Source of the DNA: a virus
Virus record (IMG/VR): IMGVR_UViG_3300046000_009133
Coordinates: 5,668-69,667 of that record
Strand: one strand, 5' to 3'
DNA: 64,000 nt
The position numbers and the translations under genes were made by a program. Below, piece after piece: positions 39,044-45,773 of the stretch (positions are counted from its first letter, which is position 1; each line of letters begins with the position of its first letter). The notes below the pieces were generated by a model. It was not told the DNA's origin. It saw only the letters and a program-made list of their open reading frames with translations, and ran no database searches.

Positions 39044-39952
39044 GTGCCGAAAAGAGTAGATTTCACGGGTCAAGTAATTGGCGAAGTTCGTGTGGTAACT
39101 TACCTTGGCGAATACAAGTACGCTTGCGTTTGCTCATGTGGGGAAACCTATACGGCCAACTATCAGCATCTCACAAAATCGTTGAATCCAAACTGCGGAT
39201 GTACCCCGCAAACACGGAAACCAAGAATAGATCTTTCTGGAAAGCGTTTCGGAAAGTTACAGGTGCTATCCTACGCGAAACGCAGCAATTGGCGGTGCCT
39301 GTGTGACTGCGGCAAAGAAACCATTGTGAACAGTCAAAACCTAAAGAAAGGCGCCACTAAGTCATGTGGCTGCGGACGCGGTTTATTTGACTTAAATGGA
39401 ATGAAATTCGGTAGATGGACGGTTTTATCAAAGGTAACCGTTGCCGAACGGAAAACTTACTATGGAAGTAAATATCTATGCCAGTGCGAATGTGGCACAA
39501 TAAGAGAAGTTTATGCAAGTGCTCTAAATAAGATCGAAGGCGCTGCCGGCAGATCAGCAAGTTGTGGCTGTCTAATGCGCGAAATAGTTACGAAAATGAG
39601 AACTACCCACGGCAAAACCAACACTTCACAATTTCAAATGTGGCAGAACGCCAAAAACAGAGCTAAAGCGAAGAAACTGCCGTTCACAATATCCGTGGAT
39701 GATATTGTTACGCCAGCGACCTGCCCCCTCCTTGGTATTCCGCTGCTCGCATCGAAAGTAAAAAAGAATCCTGGTAGCCCAAGCTTGGACCGAATCTTAC
39801 CTCATCGGGGCTATGTCAAAGGCAACATTCAAGTAATTTCAGATAAAGCAAACACGATAAAAAATAATTCATCGTTCGTGGATTTTGAAAAAATTTACCT
39901 CAATTGGAAAGCTACTATTAGCAGAACTGATCTCAGTGAACTGCTACGATAA
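39044..39952 (+). CDS. free-standing HNH-type endonuclease with three Cys-rich repeats
   Basis: 3x (G..FG.L.V...C.C.CG...SCGC); C-terminal CPLLG..SLDRI...GYVKGNIQVIS..AN..KN; AT-rich relative to flanks. Confidence 0.85.
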   Translation: MPKRVDFTGQVIGEVRVVTYLGEYKYACVCSCGETYTANYQHLTKSLNPNCGCTPQTRKPRIDLSGKRFGKLQVLSYAKRSNWRCLCDCGKETIVNSQNLKKGATKSCGCGRGLFDLNGMKFGRWTVLSKVTVAERKTYYGSKYLCQCECGTIREVYASALNKIEGAAGRSASCGCLMREIVTKMRTTHGKTNTSQFQMWQNAKNRAKAKKLPFTISVDDIVTPATCPLLGIPLLASKVKKNPGSPSLDRILPHRGYVKGNIQVISDKANTIKNNSSFVDFEKIYLNWKATISRTDLSELLR

Positions 39953-41140
39953 GAAAAGTGTCAAATCAGTTTTAGACTTTTGACCTGCAACTATGTCTAA
40001 CCTGTTTGACCACCAAGTCATAAGTGCTACTCTTTGCGGCCACCATTCGGCCGCGTTATAGGCTGACCTGACTCTATCCAAAGGAACATGGGCCAACTGG
40101 CGTTCGATCCAGTCTGACTGCCACAACCCACTTTCGTTAAGAACCGTAGAGGCTAATCCCCGAAAACCGTGAACGGTAGTTTTAGCCCCGCTGCTGTGCG
40201 GCCCGTAACCGAGGTCCGTCAAAAAATAGAGCAAGCAATTGTTCGACACCGGCTTCTTGTTGCTGACGAAACCGGGCAAGATCCACGGGCTGCCGTCTGA
40301 CAGATCGCGCAGCCGGCGCAGCAGATCCTGCGACTGCCGTGTCAGCGGAACCATGTGGGTCTTGCCCATCTTCATCCGTTCGCCGGGAATCGTCCACACG
40401 TCGCCGTCGATCTCATCCCACCGGCCAAACTGGATTTCATTCGGACGCACGAAGGTATGGACGACCAACTCCAGCGCCAGTTGGGTTCGACCTGCACCGC
40501 TGGCACGCAGGCGCCGGAAGAACTCGGGAAGTTCACTTTCGGCCAGCTTGGCGCGGTGCTTCACATCCGGCATCGGTTTCAAGGCGGGCTTGAGATCGGC
40601 AGCCGGGTTGAATTTGATCAGCCCCTCGGCAATGGCATATCGGAAGATTGTGTTGACCATCTCGCAGATGCGCTTGGCCGTGTAGATCGCTTCCCGATCC
40701 TCGATCGCCCGCAGCAGCTTCAAAATTTCAGGCGGTTCGATTTGGTCGATAGGACGTGACCCGAGAACCGGCAGAATGTCATCCTCGATCCGAGACCAGA
40801 AGCGGGCGCTGTAAGAGGTCTTCCATTTAGCCTGGTTGTCGGCGAACCAGCGACGGGCGATTTGGTCGAAGCTCTGCAATGCTGCTGCTTTCGCCCCAGG
40901 GTCTTTCCCCTCGCGTAGCATCATCTTGATGCGCTCCCGTTCAGCCCGCGCCTCGCCCAGCGATGTCGCCGGATACTTCCCCAAGGCAGCGGTGCGGCGC
41001 TTGCCGGCGTAGGTGTAGTCCATGCGCCACAGCCGACTGCCGTTGATCTGCACGAGCAGGTAGAGCCCCGCAGCGTCGGTGATCTTGTGGGGCTTGTCGG
41101 TCGGCTTGGCGGTGCGGCAGGCGGCGTCAGTTAGGGGCAT
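39944..41140 (-). CDS. int: tyrosine integrase, P4-like with N-terminal arm-binding domain
   Basis: D..GLYL.V...GSRLWR..Y...GK.....LGKYP; catalytic R (VRPNE), K, HGFR, LAH, AYN. Confidence 0.96.
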   Translation of the reverse strand: MPLTDAACRTAKPTDKPHKITDAAGLYLLVQINGSRLWRMDYTYAGKRRTAALGKYPATSLGEARAERERIKMMLREGKDPGAKAAALQSFDQIARRWFADNQAKWKTSYSARFWSRIEDDILPVLGSRPIDQIEPPEILKLLRAIEDREAIYTAKRICEMVNTIFRYAIAEGLIKFNPAADLKPALKPMPDVKHRAKLAESELPEFFRRLRASGAGRTQLALELVVHTFVRPNEIQFGRWDEIDGDVWTIPGERMKMGKTHMVPLTRQSQDLLRRLRDLSDGSPWILPGFVSNKKPVSNNCLLYFLTDLGYGPHSSGAKTTVHGFRGLASTVLNESGLWQSDWIERQLAHVPLDRVRSAYNAAEWWPQRVALMTWWSNRLDIVAGQKSKTDLTLFLS

Positions 41141-41260
41141 TTAGAACTTTCGCAGGTTCCAAATTATCTGAACACAGTTCCAGATGATACCAATGCCGAA
41201 AACGATCTGAACAAAGACACACATCATTGTGGCCATGTTGATAATTTCTACAACTTCCAT
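41141..41260 (-). CDS. 39-aa hydrophobic peptide
   Basis: MEVVEIINMATMMCVFVQIVFGIGIIWNCVQIIWNLRKF; AAAGGA SD; its TAA abuts the integrase ATG. Confidence 0.55.
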   Translation of the reverse strand: MEVVEIINMATMMCVFVQIVFGIGIIWNCVQIIWNLRKF

Positions 41261-41308
41261 CTTCCGTTTCCTTTTTGCTCGGCTTGGCAGTGCGGCAGGC
41301 GGCGTCAC

Positions 41309-41521
41309 TTAGGGGCATTGCGACTTCACCTCGGGATGATAGATGATCGTCGCGTTCATCTCGGTTGCCGTGCGAGTCAGTGCATCGAACATTGTTTCAT
41401 CGCGGTATTGAACGAAGCCGGTCAAGGGTTCCTTGCGACCATCGACATAAACCACAGTCAAGCCGTCCAAGCCGACGCTCGCCAGAGGGATGCCCGTGTG
41501 CTTAAACTCTGGAATTTCCAT
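41309..41521 (-). CDS. hypothetical protein
   Basis: 70-aa ORF between attP and integrase. Confidence 0.55.
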   Translation of the reverse strand: MEIPEFKHTGIPLASVGLDGLTVVYVDGRKEPLTGFVQYRDETMFDALTRTATEMNATIIYHPEVKSQCP

Positions 41522-41554
41522 CTTCCCATCTCCCACTACGGTATCGCCGAGCGA

Positions 41555-41773
41555 CTACCGTGAAATCTACCGTGAATTTTCTGGGACACATGGGTTCCCA
41601 CCGGCACCTATAATCTAGGCCATCCGTTGAAAAACCTCAAGAAAAATACTCATTGGCACTCACCCCTTGCCGGATTGGTGCGGATAAAAGCAACCACTTA
41701 TCATTTGAAATCAACGCGGTAGACGGGTCGATGCCGTAAATGATACCGTAAAATAGTTGGGACGCATGGGTTC
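41555..41773. other. putative attP with duplicated arm-site blocks
   Basis: Two blocks (T[A/G]CCGT[G/A]AA x2 plus TGGGAC[A/G]CATGGGTTC) repeated with identical 176-bp offset, near int. Confidence 0.7.
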
Positions 41774-41795
41774 TTATGGGCACTTATGCAGCGAA

Positions 41796-42269
41796 TCAAG
41801 CAAGCAAAGTTGCCCGACGGGGAACGACACCTCGCCCAAGCGGGGGACCGTACTTCATGCTGTGTTCCATCTGCGCCGCCATGATACGAGGGTCTTCACC
41901 AAACCGTTTCTCGCGCACATAGGCATGGATGCAGGAATACCGATCCCTAGAGACATCGCGCCAGGAGAAGTTCGGAATTTCCTTTCGGAACATGCACCAT
42001 TCGCCATCAAGACCATCCCAGTATTCCCGCTCCTTGTGAACGCAGTAAGACAAGACAATCGGATAGGCTGTGCCGTTCCAAACGCCAACATGCGCGACCG
42101 TTGCCGAGATCATATAGGGTTGAAACGGTCGCACCCAATCTTCGAAGTATAGGAACGATACATTATCGCCCACTTCGAGAAACGGTGCCCTTGGGGGTGC
42201 CCCGATAGCAGACAGTGGGATGACAGCAAGCGCGCCGCCGGCAACCAAAAACTCACGACGACTCAGCAT
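41796..42269 (-). CDS. hypothetical protein with twin-arginine signal
   Basis: MLSRREFLVAGGALAVIPL matches S-R-R-x-F-L. Confidence 0.65.
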   Translation of the reverse strand: MLSRREFLVAGGALAVIPLSAIGAPPRAPFLEVGDNVSFLYFEDWVRPFQPYMISATVAHVGVWNGTAYPIVLSYCVHKEREYWDGLDGEWCMFRKEIPNFSWRDVSRDRYSCIHAYVREKRFGEDPRIMAAQMEHSMKYGPPLGRGVVPRRATLLA

Positions 42270-42507
42270 TTAGGTCTCCCTGTTTCTCGGTCAAAAGCTC
42301 AGCAATCCGGCAGGATAGTTCGCCATTCCCACCGCTATCTTCATTCAACAATGACGGGCATTCACCGACGACCATTGCGTGAAGTTCTCTCAACGCATCA
42401 GTCAGTGCATTGATCTTAGCGCAACGTGTACGATTGCTAGCCCAAGCTTGTTCCAGAGCTATTTTGCAACCGGCCAATTCTGACCGCACTTTTGCCCCCG
42501 CTTCCAT
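42253..42507 (-). CDS. hypothetical protein
   Basis: GECPSLLNEDSGG segment; operon continuity. Confidence 0.55.
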   Translation of the reverse strand: MEAGAKVRSELAGCKIALEQAWASNRTRCAKINALTDALRELHAMVVGECPSLLNEDSGGNGELSCRIAELLTEKQGDLNAESS

Positions 42508-42803
42508 CACGCCGCCACCAGCCACACATGCAGCGGGTCGACCCACTGCCGCAGCATCCGATAAATCCGCTCCAGCCCCGCAGGCTCAGGATGCGAGCGC
42601 ACCCATATGCCCGTGCTCGGGTTGAAGTTGTCCCTGAACCACTCGTCGAGATCCGGCCGCATGGTGCTGCGTTCCAGATCGACCTTTCGCGCCGTGTGAT
42701 CGAACACGGCATCGGTGACGAGTGAGTCGTCGTGGACCTCATAGGCCCAAGCGTAGACCGCGACCCGGATGCGGAGTTGAGTTTCTTCGCAGACGCCGAT
42801 CAT
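42507..42803 (-). CDS. small protein resembling domain Ia of NAD-dependent DNA ligase
   Basis: AWAYEVHDDSLVTDAVFD, compare YY..D.P.ISD.EYD. Confidence 0.65.
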   Translation of the reverse strand: MIGVCEETQLRIRVAVYAWAYEVHDDSLVTDAVFDHTARKVDLERSTMRPDLDEWFRDNFNPSTGIWVRSHPEPAGLERIYRMLRQWVDPLHVWLVAA

Positions 42804-42973
42804 CAGATTCGCCCCCGATTGTAATCATCCCAACGCTCTTGCCAGTATTCCTCCATCTCGTCGAAGCAAGGCGAGCAACTGATCATCCAGTTGGAGTCCT
42901 CATCGACGTAGGCGGTATTCATGCGCCGCCGCGCAACAGTGGTAGCTTCTTTTTCACAGCATGGACACTTCAT
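42803..42973 (-). CDS. small zinc-finger-like protein
   Basis: CPCC...RR.NTAY.D...N....C..C. Confidence 0.6.
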   Translation of the reverse strand: MKCPCCEKEATTVARRRMNTAYVDEDSNWMISCSPCFDEMEEYWQERWDDYNRGRI

Positions 42974-44964
42974 GCGGCACACATCCAAATCACCATTGCA
43001 TCGGTCTGCACCGGCACCGCGTCGATGATTATCCCGTCCAGTTCGGCCAGATGCCGGTCGAGGCGTCGCCCGATCCAGGTGACGCAGGGCACGGCCCAAC
43101 TGTTGCCGACTTGCTTGTAGCGGGGTCCATCAGCAGCCATTCCCTTGCCGACTGGTACTAGGGTCCAATTTTTAGGAAAGCCCTGGAGTGATTCACATTC
43201 TTCGGGCATCAAACGCCGCACCGCCATTTCGGTCGAAGCTATGATCGGCTGCCCGCGACCCGTGCCGTCCTCTGAACCATCGAATCCTTCTGCCTTCAGC
43301 GTGTGAGTGATGTCGCCAGTCACGCAGACAGCCAGTTGCCCGCCGCCGTTTACATGTGACCCGGAATGGTTCATCGCCCGCATCGTCGGTGCCAGATCAG
43401 CCGTCTCATCATTGCCGTAGTCCTTCGACGAGAACGCCAGCACATGCGGCTTGTCACCACCACCACCACTCGCCCGAAGAGTCCCGGCCACCTCGTCACC
43501 CAGTTCCGCCGTGCCGCCGCCTTCCCTGCCGCGCAGAGCGACTGATATGGCGACTGCTGGCGGATGGTTGCCCGCGGCCAAGCTGAAGCAGGGGTCACCC
43601 CACTGCGGGTTGCTGCCGTTCTCGGGGCTGGTGATCTGCGTCGTGTTGAAGGGAAGAACGGCAACCGCGTGCTGCTTTGAGGATTGCAGCGTGAACATCG
43701 GATCACCATCACTGCCAATGCCAATGCCAGCGCGCGGGTCGGTGGTGCTGTTTCCGGTTCGCGCACCAGCTTCCAGAATCGGGATGACAGGTTGCAACAC
43801 TGCAGGGAAGCGGTTCTTTTCAGGCATCGTTTGGCCCTTGTGCAGCACCGCGTCGAGCGTCTGGCTGATGGGCGAACCGTCCCACCATTGCGGGGCTAGA
43901 TCAGCAGCGCCGGCCACCTGGTGACCGGCGTACACCGATTGCATGGTGGCCTTGTTGAATCCACACTCGGTATCCAGAGCACCGACTAATTCAGCAGCGC
44001 CATCCAATCCGCTTCCGACAAGATATGCTCCCCGCTGGCTGAACAGTTCTTGGTTGCTTTGTCCAATTCCACCTGTGTTGAAGGACTGGTTGAGACTGGG
44101 ATGGGGGTTGGCGGGGTTGTCCCAGTGACTGCCGCGGTAAGCGCCTTCATCAGAGGTTCCGGCAACGCTTTCCCCCGCGTCTCTGCTCGGCGCAGAATCC
44201 CGGCGCAGGCCGTCGAACTCAAGTAATACGACTTGGGGATCAAACCCCTCACGAGCACTTGCGACAAGGAACACACGCTCGCGTCGTTGGGCCAAACCGA
44301 AATATTGGGCATCGCTGGATCGCCAACCGACTGTCCTGCGGGGTCCAGCAACAGCACCTGCACTTGGCCACTTTGCCACATGCTCACTGGTTTCTTTTTT
44401 CCATGTCCAATGGGCAGAGGACCGTCCCTGTTCAGGTCGTGGACCCGGTTCGACGGGATATTCCACACCCACGAGTGCTGCGAGAAAATGTCCGAATGCG
44501 TTACCGCTGTCGCTTCTGACACCTGGAACGTTTTCCCAGAAGACAACACAAGGCTGCTGTCCGCGAGCAGCGCGGCGATCGTCGATGGCATTGGCAAGTT
44601 CCACGAATGAGAGTGTCAATTGGCCGCGAGGGTCACTCAAACCGCCGCGCAGCCCCGCGATCGAAAACCCTTGGCACGGCGTACCTCCGCAAAGGATATC
44701 CGGTGCTTCGGCAGCACCAGTTCGCACAGCTTCCGGCAGCCGGGTCATATCGCCCCAGTTGACGATTCTGTCGCCCCACTGGATGCGCTTCAGCGATTTC
44801 TCTGTACCTTCCATTGGAAAGCGTGGCGCAGTCGCGCCGAGACGATGTGCCAAAACCGCAGACGCAGAAACATCAACTTCTGCCAGCCAAGCAGCCTCCC
44901 AACCAATGGAGTGCCATGCAACGCTCGCCGCTTCAATTCCCGAACACACCGAACCGAACCGCAT
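42970..44964 (-). CDS. DNA (cytosine-5) methyltransferase with expanded variable region
   Basis: CSGI (I), GGTPCQGFS (IV), WENVPG (VI), QRRERVF (VIII), RRLMPEECESLQGFP (IX), YKQVGNS (X). Confidence 0.96.
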   Translation of the reverse strand: MRFGSVCSGIEAASVAWHSIGWEAAWLAEVDVSASAVLAHRLGATAPRFPMEGTEKSLKRIQWGDRIVNWGDMTRLPEAVRTGAAEAPDILCGGTPCQGFSIAGLRGGLSDPRGQLTLSFVELANAIDDRRAARGQQPCVVFWENVPGVRSDSGNAFGHFLAALVGVEYPVEPGPRPEQGRSSAHWTWKKETSEHVAKWPSAGAVAGPRRTVGWRSSDAQYFGLAQRRERVFLVASAREGFDPQVVLLEFDGLRRDSAPSRDAGESVAGTSDEGAYRGSHWDNPANPHPSLNQSFNTGGIGQSNQELFSQRGAYLVGSGLDGAAELVGALDTECGFNKATMQSVYAGHQVAGAADLAPQWWDGSPISQTLDAVLHKGQTMPEKNRFPAVLQPVIPILEAGARTGNSTTDPRAGIGIGSDGDPMFTLQSSKQHAVAVLPFNTTQITSPENGSNPQWGDPCFSLAAGNHPPAVAISVALRGREGGGTAELGDEVAGTLRASGGGGDKPHVLAFSSKDYGNDETADLAPTMRAMNHSGSHVNGGGQLAVCVTGDITHTLKAEGFDGSEDGTGRGQPIIASTEMAVRRLMPEECESLQGFPKNWTLVPVGKGMAADGPRYKQVGNSWAVPCVTWIGRRLDRHLAELDGIIIDAVPVQTDAMVIWMCAA
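43986..44597 (-). CDS. overlapping +1-frame ORF inside C5-MTase, resembling the M.EcoHK31I beta polypeptide
   Basis: SLSQVL....P..YYLS..AC.GILRRA..RGK.LPEPL..AL; similarity recalled, not computed. Confidence 0.6.
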   Translation of the reverse strand: MPMPSTIAALLADSSLVLSSGKTFQVSEATAVTHSDIFSQHSWVWNIPSNRVHDLNRDGPLPIGHGKKKPVSMWQSGQVQVLLLDPAGQSVGDPAMPNISVWPNDASVCSLSQVLVRGLIPKSYYLSSTACAGILRRAETRGKALPEPLMKALTAAVTGTTPPTPIPVSTSPSTQVELDKATKNCSASGEHILSEADWMALLN

Positions 44965-45033
44965 CCAAAACTCCCCAAAACAGAGCCTCAGACTACCCGT
45001 TCAAAGTGAAACTGTAAACGTTAAAAGTGAAAC

Positions 45034-45717
45034 TCAGAGTCTTTCTGCAAAAGTCCGTATCTGTTTCCACCCATTGGATTTTTCCACTTCGAACGTCCCA
45101 CCCTTGCGTTTTCCTTGCACTTCGACCTGCTCCCAATCCAATTCAAAGAATTCGCACTGGAGCGGTCCCACCAGTAAGACGGCGATTAGAATCGTCGCAC
45201 GAGCTTCAACGGGAACAGATACTGTCCAGTCCTCGCCAGCGAGTCGTCCGGTCACCACATGAAAGGCATACTGCGCACCCTTGATGATTGCATAGAGGTC
45301 TATCTTCTCCTGCGCTGCCCTCACATCATCATCACGCGGAAACGCAGGATGAGCGCCGCACATTCCAACAAATCCTGCTACAACGTTGACTGCTCCATCG
45401 GCGGATGCGTTGCGAACTCGCTTCTGTTTTTCATTCAGATCAGGCGATTTCCCTATGGAAAGCCAAGCCTCATCGACCTTCAACACTTGTGCGAGAGTCG
45501 AAAGCGTCTTGAAGCGCGGACGCGCTTCTCCAGCGAACCACTTTCGCACGGTTTCCTGTGTCACCACCTGACCCGACTTCTTTTCGATCTGGGCAACGAA
45601 CCAGCCCAGACGCCCATAATTGGGCGGCGGTACATCTGGGTTTCCGTCACAAGCTTGGGCCATGCGAACGGCGAAATCTGGATGCGTTACCTTGTCAATT
45701 TTGGCCATCAACTTCAT
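45034..45717 (-). CDS. XRE/CI-like repressor
   Basis: VTQETVRKWFAGEARP....LAQVLKVDEAWLSIG HTH; operator-like sites on both sides. Confidence 0.8.
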   Translation of the reverse strand: MKLMAKIDKVTHPDFAVRMAQACDGNPDVPPPNYGRLGWFVAQIEKKSGQVVTQETVRKWFAGEARPRFKTLSTLAQVLKVDEAWLSIGKSPDLNEKQKRVRNASADGAVNVVAGFVGMCGAHPAFPRDDDVRAAQEKIDLYAIIKGAQYAFHVVTGRLAGEDWTVSVPVEARATILIAVLLVGPLQCEFFELDWEQVEVQGKRKGGTFEVEKSNGWKQIRTFAERL

Positions 45718-45773
45718 CCTTTTACTCTGAGTTACAGTTCACGAGGATGAAGTATTAACTCTTAATGTGAAAA

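Noticed and set aside
41127-41318. 63-aa ORF as a second integrase
   Set aside because: Only the first 13 codons match int; the rest reads through the insert in another frame.
41653-41670. CIRCE element (TTGGCACTC half-site)
   Set aside because: The second half GAGTGCTAA is missing; possibly chance or part of the att core.
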